Origin: Camelus ferus
Taxonomy: Eukaryota
DNA: 64,000 bases
Assembly (NCBI RefSeq): GCF_009834535.1
Contig: NC_045705.1
Coordinates: forward strand, 67,208,001-67,272,000
Direction of reading: 5' to 3'
This document shows, one piece after another, positions 36,151-58,026 of the stretch. Below the pieces are notes generated by a model. It saw nothing but the letters and a program-made list of their open reading frames with translations, did not search any database and had not been told where the DNA came from. Numbering within the stretch: position 1 is the first letter of the stretch; every line of letters begins with the position of its first letter. The position numbers and the translations under genes were made by a program.

Positions 36151-39100
36151 ATGGTGAGTCTTCTCTGGCCCCTCCGGACAAAAAGCCCAAGCCCCTAAGC
36201 AGAGGGAGGGCCCAGAGGGCAGCACCTGGCCGTAAAAGCCTAGCCCTGGGACTGCCTGGCAGACAGCTCCAACCCATGACCAGCTGCACACATACGCCTT
36301 GACTTCCCACTCTGTGTGCCATGGGACAAGCAGGGGCTGTGTGCCAGGCCCTCCATCTCTCCCCCACCAGCCCTGGGAGGCAGGCACTCTTGGTCCCTTT
36401 CGGCATTCATTCATTCTGCAATATTTATATTACCGTGCGCCTTGCCGTAGTCTAAGTTTGAGGACATAGCAGTGAACCCAGTCTGGGCTCTCAGGGAACT
36501 CAACTTCTAAGAGAGGGCACTGAAGCTCAGAATTTGGCACTGGCCAAACTGGGGTTCAAGTCCAAGTCAGAGGCCCAGACCTCTGCTCTCCCGGCCGCCT
36601 GCAGTATGCTGTCTCCCAATGACTGAGGTGATTCCCTAGGTCCAAGCCTCATCAGCACCATGGGGGCGGACATAACAGGCCCCAGGCACCCACAAGGCTC
36701 AAAGAAACCTCGTGACTTGTCCAAGGAGGCCAAGCCTGTCCCCCGGAGGACAGGCCCACCCGTGTCCCCGCCTGTGTTCACACTGAGCCTCTGTGCAGCC
36801 TCATTTGGGAGTCAGCCAGCCTCAGAAAGGGGCAGGGTATAAGATTTCATCCAAAGAAAGCATTTTCATGACTCAGAACATCCTCGGGCCTGCTTGGGGA
36901 TGATGATGGAACAGATTCACCTACATATTTAGGTCTCAGCAGAACTCCATGATGGTAGATGGGTCACTGAGGCCAGAGAGAAGTGAGCAGCCCAACTGAT
37001 TGCTTGGTTCATTTGCTTATTTATTCTTCAGTCATCAAACACTGAGTAGCTACGGTGTGCCAGGCACTGTTTTAGGTGCTGGGGCTGCCTCAATAAGCAA
37101 AACAGACAAAACCTCTGCCCCTGTGAACCAAGCTGGGATGGACCTGGGTGTGGGATGTGGGGGGTGCAATGGTCCAGCCAGCAGTGCACTGCTTTCTGCC
37201 CCCACCCCCGGGGGCACCACACATACCGTTTACAAAGCACTTCCATCTACATGTCCCTGGTGTCCAGCCTTCATCCTCCAATCCAGCCCCATCCTCTTTG
37301 GTTCCGAGGACAGTGTCCACCCAAGGACAGGACAGTAGGGGGCTTATACCCTTGGGTGACTTAATGTGCCTCTTGCTCACCCTGCCCAAGACCCACCACT
37401 TCTGCCCCCCTCAGCTCTCCCTGGACCCACTGGGTCCCGAGTGGGATTGCCCCCTGGGCTCCAAGGACCTGGAGGAGGAGGAGGGCCCATGGGGCGGGGG
37501 CTCTGGCCTGCCACCCCCAGGCTTCTTCCCTGGTTCCTGGAGCCATGAAGTGGGCCTGGACTGCAAGGGCTCCCCTGAGGGAGCAGAGGCCCGGGCCTGG
37601 ACTGTCTACTACTACAGCCTCCTGCAGAGCTGTCTGCAGCAAGCTGGCCTTCCGGAGACTCAGGACCGCAGCCAGGTGCCCCGCACAGGTGCCCAAGGGC
37701 TCCGTGGAGGGGGGCATCCCTGGGGAGGAGGGAGGCACCCTCAGCCCAGCCTTCTTTCCAGCTCTGTCAAAGTCAGCCCCTTCCCCCAGGCTCTGGCTCA
37801 ATCTGAAGCCAGGGAGGCAAGGCCAGTCAACCTCAGGCAGGCAGGCATTTCAAAGGGCATCTGGCACCAGTAAACTCAGATATCAAGGCTCCCCTCCCAC
37901 CCCCAGAAGATCCAGCCCTGGGATTTGCAATCCATGTTCTGTGGAGCCAAAGCTTCTACAGAAATATCTTGGGAGCTGCTGTGGAGCCAGCTAGCAGTTG
38001 GGATCCAAAACTCCTCCCTTGTTTTATCTGTTTTATGTACCAGGCAGCCACAGAAGATTTTGTGTGGACGGAAGGTTTACAGCTAGAATACATGACCATC
38101 TCAGACTTTGCCCCCTTCTACAGATGGGGAAACTGAGGTGCAGAGACTCCTCTCCCCACTGCACAGGGTGCACAGGGACCAAGGGTCACACAGAAAGTCA
38201 GTGGCAGAGCTCAGGCTAGAACCCAGGTCTCCAGTCACCCAGCCTTCATGCCTTCTGGACCAGCCACAGAGAGAAAGGAGCCAGCCTCTCGGGGCAGGGG
38301 TGGGCAGACAGCTTCCCCCTCCCTCCCCAGCCTCCTCTGTCCCCTTTCTCTTTTCATCCCATACCCAGGAAGGATCTGGGGGTCCAAGGGTATGAGCAGG
38401 CCTAGGGGAGTGGGGAAAAGTGGGCAGAAAGACAGCAAGGGGAGCTCCTGGTGAGCTTGGCAATGTTCTCTTCCCTGAGGCTGCCCTGGGGCGGAGGTGA
38501 CCTTGTGCATTCTGGGATCCCCCTGCACCTTTCTGTCCGTGCTGCTGGAGGGTGGGGTCCAGAGCCCGGGTGAGTGTGTTCCCAAGTTCCCCCACCCCCT
38601 CCTACAGAAAGGGCAGTCCTGCCCTGGCCCGGCCACATCCCAAAATACCCGCCAACCCTGGCAACTGCCTGCATTCCACCACACCAGCTGCCCTGCTTTG
38701 AGTGGGGGTGGGTTCTGGCAGCAGCTGCCCACTACGACCCAGGGGCCCAGGCTGGAGGTGGAGGGCATGGGGCATTAAGCCTTCCCTGGCCAGCAACCCT
38801 CCTCCCTCTGCCCACAGGAAACATGCTCCTTTGCCTGTCCCCTGCTTGGCTGACAAAGGTGCCAGCACCAGGGCAGCCCGGTGAGGCAGCCCTGCTGGTC
38901 TCCAAGGCTGTGAGCTTCCACCCGGGGGGCCTGACATTCCTGGATGACTTTGTCCCCCCGCGCCGGGCCACCTACTTCCTGGCGGGCCTGGGGCTGGGGC
39001 CTGGCCCTGGTCGAGAGGCAGCTGAGCTCGCCCGCGACCTGACCTGCCCCACAGGAGCCTCGGCTGAGCTGGCCCGGCTGCTGGAGGACCGGCTGCTGAC

Positions 39101-42100
39101 AAGGCGATTGCTGGCTCAGCAGGGTGACGTGGCCGTGCCAGCTACCCTGGCTTTCACCTACAAGCCACCAGCACTGCTGCGGGGAGGGGATGCCAGCCCG
39201 GGACTACGGCTGGTGGAGCTGAATGGCAAAGAGGGCCAGGAGACACTGGTGAAGGAGGAAGTAGGGGCCTTCCTGCACTCCGAGGCCCTGGGTGATGCCC
39301 TGCAGGTAACAGGCTACTGCCCCTGAGGCTGTACAGATGCCAGCAGGATGGGAGCCATGGATGGTTACCAAGTCCTGCTGGGAAAGTGTCCCCAGCTTTG
39401 AGCCCTGCCACTGCCCCATCTCTCTGTAGCAGTCCCCTGCCTTACCTCAGTTTGTTCATGAGCTCCTATGGTATGTGTGTCCCATCTTGCAGGTACATGG
39501 GATGGTGAGGATGCCCCCTTCCCCTCCCTGTTGCAGGTAGCCGTGAAGCTCAGTGGCTGGCGCTGGCGGGGACGGCAGGCTTTGCGTCTGTACCCACGAA
39601 CAGAGCTGGACCCAGTGGTGGACACAGTGCTGGCACTGCTGGAGAAACTGGAGGAGGAGGAGAGTGTCCTGGTTGAGGCTGTGTGCCCACCTGCCCGACT
39701 CCCTTTCCCAGGTGAGAGCCACCTGGGCTGGCCAAGGGTGGAGCTTGGCCTGGCCTTCTGGCTACTCAGTGCTGGGCTCAGGCCTCACTGTCTTTCCCCA
39801 GGTAGTCCCCCACCTGGCCCTGAGCTGGCTCTGCGTATCTGTGCTGTGGTGTGTCGGACACAGGGTGACAGGCCCTTGCTGAGCAAGGTGAGCATGGCTC
39901 AGGTTCAGGTCATGATCCTACTGCCACACCCCAGCCCAGCTCCACTGGGCTGATGGGGGGGCCCCAGGGCAGAGAGAGGACAAAATCTTTGTGGGCATTT
40001 TGTTGCCTCCAGGAGAACTGAGTCTGACACTCTCCCTCCTCTCCAACCCTGTACCCCCCCCACATCAGGAGCCCTACCTGGTATCCTGCGCTGAGTACAA
40101 GGACCCAGGGCTGAATTCTCTTTCTAGGGAGCTCTTGCCCAAGAAGAGGCTGACCCAAGGTCCTTGATAAACCTCCAGTGCCTGGAGCCCTGTAGGAGGG
40201 CCCTCCAAGTTGGGAGGTCAGGGAGGCTTGGGTTCCCTTCCTGGGGACATATCTCTGTGCCAAGCAGAGAGAGAAGGAGCTCTAGGGCTGGGGCCCACCA
40301 GGGTGGCACAGGCCCCCAGGGCTGCAGGAACTAGAAGCAAGCATGCTTGGAGACCTTAGGGAGCAGAGACCCCAGCTGGGCCTGGAAGCTTGGCTAGAAT
40401 CCCCCTAGTGGTCTAGAGACCAGATGAGTAGTTTACGCAGTAAGTCGCACTGGAGGACAGGACTTCTTGAATGTCCATTGAGGGGTGTGGCCTGGATCGT
40501 GGCAGAGGGGAAGGTGTGTTGGGGGCCGGGGGTAGTCCCGAGAGGACTCTTCTTGGACAAGCCCCCTGAGCCACACCCTGCCCAGGTGGTATGCGGAGTG
40601 GGCCGTGGGGACCGGCCTCTGCGGCACCAGAACTCCTTGCCACGTACGCTGGAAGTGGCGCTAGCCCAGTGCAGCCTGGGTGAGGCCTCGCAGGTGACGG
40701 ATGTGCGGCGGCGCGTGAAGGCGGCGGCCGAGGCTGCGCTAGCCGCCGTGCTGGCCCTGGAGGCTGGCCTGAGCGCTGAGCAGCGCGGCGGGCGCCAAGC
40801 CCGCACTGACTTCCTCGGTGAGTGCGGGACGCCGGGGACTGGGACGGGGGTGGGGCACGGGGCGGGGGCCGGAGGCCCGAGGGCGGCTCGCACTGAGCCC
40901 GCGCCCCGTGCCCGGCCCAGGGGTGGACTTTGTCCTGACGGTGGCTGGCCGCGCGCTGACCCCCGTGGCCCTGGAGCTGAACGGAGGCCTATGTCTGGAG
41001 GCGTGCGGCGCGCTCGAGGGGCTGTGGGCCGCACCGCGCCCGGGGCTGGTGGCCGAGGAGGCGGCGGCCGCGCCGCTGGTGGAGACAATGCTGAGGCGCT
41101 CGGCGCGCTACCTCATGGAGGGAAAACAGCTGCTGCTGCTCGGCGCCGGCGGCGTTAGCAAGAAGTTCGTGTGGGAGGCGGCGCGCGACTACGGGCTCAA
41201 GGTGGGCGGGGCTCGAAGTCCAGGCCTTGGTGGAGGAGGGCCCCGGGGGCGGGCCCGGGGCGGTGTTGACCTTGGGGCGGGGACTGCGCCGGGCATTCTA
41301 GCAGGAGGCCTAGAGCTCAGGCGTGGGCTGGCTGGGCGATAGGCCCCGCCGAGGTGGGCAGTCTCAACTGTTTTTGGCCTCTAGGTGAATTCTCTTCCCG
41401 CCAGGTGTGAAAAGCCTCCGGGACACCAGACCACCAGTCCCAAGCCCTAACCCTTGAGGTTCCCCTACAAGTCTTGACCAGACTGAGCCTGCCTATGGGA
41501 AAGAGTCCACCACCCTTCTGCACTCTGTCACCCCTCCCTTCTGCACTCGAGCCCCCTCCCACCTTGCTCACAACCTCTCTCTCCTGAAGCCGTCTTTCCT
41601 CTGGCCGACTCTTATCCAGTTTCCAGCTTGGACACTGCCTCCTCTAGGTTGCCTTCCCTCCCCTTTAGGCTGGATTAAGTGTCCCACCTCTGTACCTTCC
41701 ATATAATCACCAACAAATATTTTTGGAGCACCTAGCATTGGTGAGCCTGTCTCCCCTGAGGGCCAGGACTATGTTCTAGGTCCCATCCTATGGCCCAGCG
41801 CCCAGCAAAAGCTCATCTCAGTGTGTTGCCGTCCTGTGGTTTCTGCAGCTGCACCTGGTGGAGTCGGACCCCAACCACTTTGCGTCCCAGCTGGTGCAGA
41901 CCTTCATCCACTTTGATGTAACAGAGCACCAGAGGGATGAGGAGAATGCACGGTTGTTGGCGGAGCTGGTGCGGGCACGTGGCCTGCAGCTAGATGGCTG
42001 CTTTTCCTACTGGGATGACTGCCTGGTGCTCACAGCCTTGCTCTGCCAGGAGCTGGGTCTGCCCTGCAGCCCGCCGGCCGCCATGCGCCTGGCCAAGCAG

Positions 42101-43075
42101 AAGAGCCGCACCCAGCTGCACCTGTTGTGCCGCCATGGCCCACCCTGGCCCGCGCCCTCCCTCTATGCTGTGCCCTGCTGTCCACTGGAGAGTGAGGCTG
42201 ACGTGGACAAGGCTGTCCGCCAGGTACCCCTGCCAGGTGTCATGAAGTTGGAGTTTGGGGCAGGCGCTGTAGGTGTACGGCTAGTGGAGGATGCGCCACA
42301 GTGCCACGAGCACTTTTCCCGGATCGCCCGTGACCTGCAGGGCGAGGCCGACCATCCCGGCATTGGGCTGGGCTGGGGCAATGCCATGCTGCTAATGGAG
42401 TTCATTGAGGGCACTGAACACGATGTGGATCTGGTGTTGTTTGGTGGGCGACTGCTGGCTGCCTTCGTGTCTGACAATGGCCCCACACGGCTGCCTGGCT
42501 TCACTGAGACGGCCGCGTGTATGCCCACTGGGCTGGCACCAGAGCAGGAGGCGCAGCTGGTGCAGGCAGCTTTCCGCTGTTGCCTGGGCTGCGGGCTGCT
42601 GGATGGTGTCTTCAATGTGGAGCTCAAGCTGACTGGGGCTGGGCCGCGGCTCATCGAGATCAACCCCCGCATGGGCGGCTTCTACCTACGAGACTGGATC
42701 CTGGAGCTTTATGGTGTGGACCTCCTGCTGGCTGCTGCTATGGTGGCCTGTGGCCTGCGGCCCGCCTTGCCTGCCCACCCACGCGCCCGTGGTCACCTGG
42801 TGGGCGTCATGTGCCTGGTGTCCCAGCACCTGCAGGTCCTGAGTTCCACCACCAGCCGCGAGACCCTGCAGGCTCTTCACGACCAGGGCCTGCTGCGCCT
42901 CAATCTACTGGAGGAGGCCCTGGTGCCTGGCGAATATGAGGAACCCTACTGCAGCGTGGCTTGTGCTGGGCCCAGCCCGGCCGAGGCCCGTCTCCGCCTG
43001 CTGGGCCTCTGCCAGGGCCTCGGCATTGATGGGCCCCACTACCCCATTGCCTACTTCCTGTCCCACTTCAAATAG
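36151..43075 (+). CDS. CARNS1: Carnosine synthase 1 (ATP-grasp ligase), 951 aa
   Basis: ATG 36151-36153 ends micro-exon 36135-36153; then exons 37415-37688, 38480-38569, 38818-39305, 39537-39711, 39802-39887, 40586-40817, 40921-41201, 41849-43075; 2856 nt. MLSLDPLGPEWDCP...IEINPRMGG (ATP-grasp)...FLSHFK*. Confidence 0.93.
37005..37135 (-). mobile_element. LINE-2 3' tail
   Basis: ttcatttgcttatttattc...gtgccaggcactgttttaggtgctgggg...cagacaaaacctctgccc. Confidence 0.6.
38090..38240 (-). mobile_element. MIR SINE relic
   Basis: ttctacagatggggaaactgagg...ccaagggtcacacagaaagtcagtggcagagc...agaacccaggtctcc. Confidence 0.65.
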
Positions 43076-43669
43076 TGCTGGGGCCGGAGGGCAGGGGCAA
43101 AGTGCTGGAAGGGGCACTGCAGTGCCCTCTGCTCCCTGGTGCTCTCCCAGCATCTCTTGCCAAAGCCCTGCCCCAACCCTGGTCAGGTCCACTCCAAGGC
43201 CCCAGGTCTCTTCCAGAGTGGCAGGGCCATTTTGACACCAAGGTCTCCTGGGCTTGAGGAGCACAGAAGAACGTATCTGGGAGGCTGTTAGGCCTTCTTG
43301 CCCTCCCCAAAGCCCCAGTCCAGCCCACAGCTGTCCCAGGACTCTACCCATGGAGAAGCAACAACAGCTGCACATACACACACCCTGCCCCCAGGTTGCT
43401 GGGAGTGGGCCTAAACCCAGTCCATCTTCCCCACCCCTCCAGGTCTGTCTCTCTTCCTGCTGTCTGCAGGAGAGAACCTGGCTGGCCGCTGGCCTTGAAC
43501 ACATCCCAAGAACCCTTTGTTCTCCTCATGCCCTCATTTAACAAATTTTAGGACAGGCCTAGAATGCCTGGTGACAACTTCTGACATTGCCCCACCTGCC
43601 TCATTTGGCATGAGCAGTAGAAGCAGGTGACTGGGGTCAGCAGTAACCATCTCCCCTCCAGGCAGACAC

Positions 43670-43790
43670 TATTGCCCCATTCTACAAAAAAAGAAACAGG
43701 CTCAGAGAGGAAAAACCACTGCCTCCATGTCATAGCACAGTGGTTGAAGGGTCAGGGGACAAGATGCAAGGTCCAGGTTTCTGCTTTTAC
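43670..43790 (-). mobile_element. MIR relic in CARNS1 3' UTR
   Basis: attgccccattctaca...gaaacaggctcagagagg...atgtcatagcacag. Confidence 0.5.
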
Positions 43791-44037
43791 TAACTTGTAC
43801 GTGCCCACTCAGCTTCTAGGCCCAACTCACCTCCTTGCCCTCACACGTGGCCCTGAGATGTGTGAACCTCCCCCCTCCCCCCAATGCACCATGCACCTTC
43901 ACCAAGCTTTGGTGCTTGGCCTCAGGCACACCTAACTAGCACAGGCTACACTTCCTCATTCAGGGGAGGCTGCTTTAAGAACTCTTGCCTCTGTGCAGCA
44001 CAGGAGCTGTGGACAGCGCCACAAGCATCCCTCTCCA

Positions 44038-44043
44038 AATAAA
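44038..44043 (+). terminator. Probable CARNS1 polyadenylation signal AATAAA
   Basis: First AATAAA I found after the stop codon, about 960 nt downstream. Confidence 0.6.
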
Positions 44044-45049
44044 GGCTTGTGGACTAGTGAACTGTCCAGAGTCTGGGATAGGTTCTTGCGACTCGGACAG
44101 CACTTCTCAGGGTCAGCTAGAGGAGGGGATGAGGAAGGGGGAGGGAAAGGTAGTTAGGGGATACCTGTAGCCTCTGGAGCTAAGGATAAACCGCCACACT
44201 GGCCAGGCCTCTGAGCTGACCTGTGGGAGGCCTGCCAGGGGCACCTACACCAGGACCCAGACCTGAGTTTCCCAAGGGTGAGATTACAACCAGAGGGCCA
44301 CACCCAACCAGATAGCCTTTCTCCAGCCTGGGGACCCCTGAATTCTGTCCATTTGAGTTCATACCTAGCCTTCCCTGTCCAACTGGAATGCACATCCAGA
44401 CAGCTTCCAATGATCAGAATTCATCCAAGGCCTGGTCTGGCCCAATTCACCCCCTCAGAACCCCATCCAACAAGAATACATGTCCAAATCTAAACTCACA
44501 GACAAAGTCTGGTGTGTTCATTCATTCAATATTGTAGTAAAGTTTTATGAAGCACCTATTCTGTACCAGGTAACCGAATCACGACTAAATGTGCTTAAAT
44601 TGGCAACAGGCAAACTCCAGCACAAACTCATATTTACCTGGTGGATCAATGAGACCCAAACCCTTTCAGTAAGGAATCCGGCAACAAAACTCAGCATTGA
44701 GCAGAGTATGGAGCAGTAGAGGCTCTGATTTGCAGGGTCCTGGAGCCGAGAGGCACGTTAGGGAGATCACAATGCAGCAGTCGGCTCCCTTTCGGGGGCG
44801 AACGGAGGAATATACGCCATCTGCCTCTCGCCACTCAGAGAGCCTGACAGGGCACGGCTGCTGGGAACTGCATTTACACTCACACATGCATGCACTTCTG
44901 ACTCTGCCCCACCCAAACTCTTCCCAGAACCAAGATAGACGCCTTCCAGGCCTCCCTTGTCCGGTGCCGCCCCGGTGAAGCTGTGCTGGAAAGATTGAAG
45001 GGCCCGCGGAAGAGTGTGAAAGGCCTTACTTAGTACCCCTGCACTCTGG

Positions 45050-45253
45050 GACTACCATTCCCGAGATGCATTGCGATAGACGCCATCTTTTCTCCTCGCC
45101 CGCTAAGCGGCTGGCTCGAGGGAGGGACAACCTCTTGCGTCATCGGTGCGCGAGGCGGCCGTCGCGGAGTGATGACGTATAAGCCCCAGCCCCTGCCTGT
45201 CAGTCAGATCGCGGCCGGGTACCGGCCGAGTGGCCCGCGGGGCCGGCGCCGCT
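45050..45253 (+). promoter_or_regulatory. RPS6KB2 CpG promoter
   Basis: ZNF143/THAP11-like ACTACCATTCCCGAGATGCA 45051-45070, YY1-like CGCCATCTTT 45081-45090, CRE-like TGCGTCA and TGACGTA (45173-45179). Confidence 0.7.
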
Positions 45254-50646
<5,393 letters not shown>

Positions 50647-50879
50647 GAGGACGGGTGGGCGAAGGCCTCCAGGAAGACCCCTCCCTCTAAGCCGTGAGGG
50701 CAGTGGGCCCCTAGGCCAGTTCAGAGACCTGGGGCTGGGGCTGGGGGTACAGGAGTGAGTGTGTGTGGGAATGTGTGTCTCTGGGGAGGGTGGCTGTGCC
50801 CCTGAATCATGATCATGAAGGGCTGCTGGTCGAGGGGCCACCTACCTGGCCTCTCGCAGTTGAGCTGTGCCCTTGGAGA

Positions 50880-50885
50880 ATTAAA
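50880..50885 (+). terminator. RPS6KB2 polyadenylation signal ATTAAA
   Basis: About 235 nt after the stop codon. Confidence 0.7.
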
Positions 50886-50986
50886 GTATTGAATCATGGC
50901 ACTGACCTGGCTCTTCCTTTAGACTTCTGGGGCCAGCGGGTGGGGGAGGTCACAACAGGAGCACAGAGCTATGGGACTGGAGAGGT

Positions 50987-50992
50987 TTTATT
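50987..50992 (-). terminator. PTPRCAP polyadenylation signal AATAAA
   Basis: tttatt on plus, about 215 nt after the stop codon. Confidence 0.75.
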
Positions 50993-51205
50993 TCAGATGG
51001 CTGCCCAGTGCCCCTGGGGATGGGTGGCCTTCCTGGAGGGGCCAGGGATACACACATTCGGGGATAGAACTAGTGGGGGGCATGACAGTCTGAGGTTCTC
51101 CAAGTGGGGGTGTGGGTTACAATGTGTCCAGGGTAGGCCATGTCCAGACATGGCAGCTTGGGAAGCAGAGGCACAGTGGCAGGGATGCAGCACCAGGGCT
51201 GGCTC

Positions 51206-52967
51206 CTACAGTGCGGTGACGTGGAGACCCTGGCCCCCAGCTGCCCTATCGCTGTCGTCCCAGGCTGCGCTTCCAGCAAAGGCGTGCAGGTCACTCAGTA
51301 GGGCCTCGGCACTGCCCCCTGATCCTGCTGGCCCCTGGGAGGCCAGGCCCAGGCCCCCTTCGGCATCATCGTTATGTGCCTCCAAAGCCGGCTCTGAGAC
51401 CTGCTGTGGGCTGGGCCTCTCCCCGCATCGCTGCTCCTCTTCCTGGGATTCAGCCTCTTCCCGGCTAACTCCCAGGTCGTAGTCATCTTCCATGTCCTGC
51501 TCATCCTCCTGCCGCTCTGGCTCCTCATCTGGCGACTCCAGCTCAGCCCTGGTCCGGAGCCATCGGCCTGGCGGGCTGGCCCAGAACAGGCGACGAGTGC
51601 GGCCCCACAGCGCGGCACCCAGGCGGGCCGGGTGGTAGTAGCCCCCCGAGTCCCGGCTGAGGCGGCGCCAAGCCAGTGCCAGGCCAGTGACCAGCAGCAG
51701 GAGCAGCAGCAGCAGCAGGACAACAGTGACTGAGTTGGAGCCGCCGCTGTCCTTGGCACCTCCATCTGAGCCCAGGGTCCCCGGCAGGGCCAGCAGTGTC
51801 CAGAGCCCTAGGGCACAGGGCAGGTCCTGTGGGGAGACAGGCATGGGCTCATTGCCTGTGCTTGGCAGCCTCTTGGGCAAAATGGGGACAGTCAAGCAGA
51901 AAAGCCCGTCCTTAGCCAACAAGGCCCTTCCTGGCTTTGTGATATCTGACCACCGGTGCTTCCTCACTCCCACTGCACCACGTAAGCCTGCTCCTGCCCA
52001 GGGCCTGTTCCCTGGCTGTTCCTTCTGTCCAGAATGCTGCATTCCCCTGAGAGCCACATGGCTTGCCTGCTCACCTGGCTCAGAGGACCTCAGTGCGGCC
52101 TAACCAGACCTGGATTTCTACCCTGACAGTTACCCCTGTGGCCAGCCCAGCCCTGCTCTGCTTTCCTACCCACTCCCCAACACTATAGATCACTCTGCTT
52201 GTTTATCGTGTTTATTGTCTTTTTGGCTCAAGCACCTAAACAATTCATAGCACAGAGCGGGTGCTCAATAGATACTGGTTGAATGTGTTAAGACACTGCC
52301 ACCTGGGAGTGGGAGATGGAAGGGAGGGAAGATGCCTGCGAGGCTGGTGTTGGGGCTGGCTCCTCCCAAGGCCCCAGCCAAGGGACTGGGCCAGGTCCTG
52401 GGATGGGAGTCCCTGAGACCCCTCTTCCTCCCCCCAGCCATGGGACTGCCCCAGCTGCAGCATTTCCGTTCAACTCTCTGTCCCTGGGGGCCTCAGGCTC
52501 GAAGGGCCAGGGGCTCAGAGAGGCAGGTGCAGCTGCCAGAGGAAGCCTGCGGTCGGAACAAGTCAGGTGGGGGATGCGGGGAGAAGGGGGAGGGGTGCTG
52601 GGGTGCAAGTAATACTTCCCCCCCACCCCCGGCTGTCTGCCCAGGCTCTAGGGAGGCAAGCTGGGACTGTGCTCAAGTCCCAGCTCCTGGGTAGAGCAGG
52701 CGACAGGGCCTATCTGGGGGTCAAGCGTGGAGTAGGGCACTGGGGGCCCACACCCTGAGTCCGTGGGAGGACCATCTAAAGCGAGGTGAAAGGCCCAGTT
52801 TCTGCCCTGTGCTCACCCTGAGTCTCTCGCCTCTGCCCTTGACTGGCTGTTCCTGCCCCTGGGCCCCAGTCAGACAATCTCTCCTCAGCTTGCGGGACCC
52901 AAACATTCCAGCTCTGACCCCCTGTGGCCCCCACCCCAAGGACCCAACAGGTGCCATCGCTCACCAT
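51206..52967 (-). CDS. PTPRCAP: CD45-associated protein (LPAP), 207 aa
   Basis: Exon 1 ends accATG|gtgagc (52967-52965); exon 2 is 51826-51206. M-DLPCALGLWTLLALPG signal peptide, TM VTVVLLLLLLLLLVTGLALAW, RRLSRDSGGYYHPARL, C-terminus GLHVTAL*. Confidence 0.95.
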
Positions 52968-53069
52968 GGTCCGTGGGCCTCTCAGCACTGGGTGCCCACC
53001 TCCAGCTCGGGCTGTGTTGAGTGAGAAGTGAGCTCTCGCGCTCTCGACTGCAGCTAGGGGTTACTCAGT

Positions 53070-53083
53070 GCTTCCGCTTCCTG
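53070..53083 (-). promoter_or_regulatory. Tandem ETS sites in the PTPRCAP promoter
   Basis: CAGGAAGCGGAAGC on the minus strand, about 100 nt upstream of the ATG. Confidence 0.55.
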
Positions 53084-53456
53084 CCCACAACACCCCATCA
53101 TCCCCCACCTCCGTGGGGGGCCTTGGGCCTCTCAGCACTACCCCGATCTACACCAGATCCTCACCGGTCTCTCACCCAGCAAGGCTGGAGCTATGGGGCC
53201 TGTGACCAGGCCTCCAAGAGGAACTGGGCACCCAGCTTGAAGCAGGACAAGGCCCTGGAGGTACCCAGTGACCCTCTGCCTGTTTCTCAACCTGGCAGAA
53301 GTCAGGGACTCGATGACTATGGGGGATGCTCACAGTCCCCAGATCTTTCTCTGATCTATGATCTCAAGAGGCCACTTATGTCCCCAGGTGTCCAGACTTC
53401 CTTTCCCAGCCCCACCCTTGCAGCAGAAGGGCAAACCTGGCTTTTAGAAAGAGAAT

Positions 53457-53462
53457 TTTATT
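53457..53462 (-). terminator. CORO1B polyadenylation signal AATAAA
   Basis: tttatt on plus, about 345 nt after the stop codon. Confidence 0.75.
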
Positions 53463-53750
53463 TGGAATGAAAATATAGAGCTGATCCCTCCAGCTTCCTC
53501 AGGGCAGGGAGCAGGGGGGCTAGGTGGGGACGGGGGAGATGGTTCCTCAGAATAGAAGCTCTCCTTGGTACAAAAATCCTCCACAGTAACAGTGACAAAA
53601 GCCAGGTGGTGGCTCCAGCCTGGGCCCACAGGATGGGTCAGGGTGCAGACTGGCCCCTGAACCTGCCCCAGAAACCCTCAGTAGGGGGCAAGGGGCAGCC
53701 AGTTGGAGTCAGTGTGACCTTGCCAGCAGAGGCTGAGTGAGAAAGGGGGT

Positions 53751-53771
53751 GGAGGAGGAGGAGGAGGAGGA
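53751..53771. repeat. (GGA)7 trinucleotide repeat in CORO1B 3' UTR
   Basis: ggaggaggaggaggaggagga. Confidence 0.9.
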
Positions 53772-53807
53772 GGTGAGTGGGGAGTGGCATCCACAGAGTC
53801 CGTGGTC

Positions 53808-58026
<4,219 letters not shown>

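Noticed and set aside
40405-41342. Antisense 227-aa ORF and read-through ORFs over CARNS1 exons 8-9
   Set aside because: Shadows of GC-rich coding sequence; the 103-nt intron is not frame-neutral.
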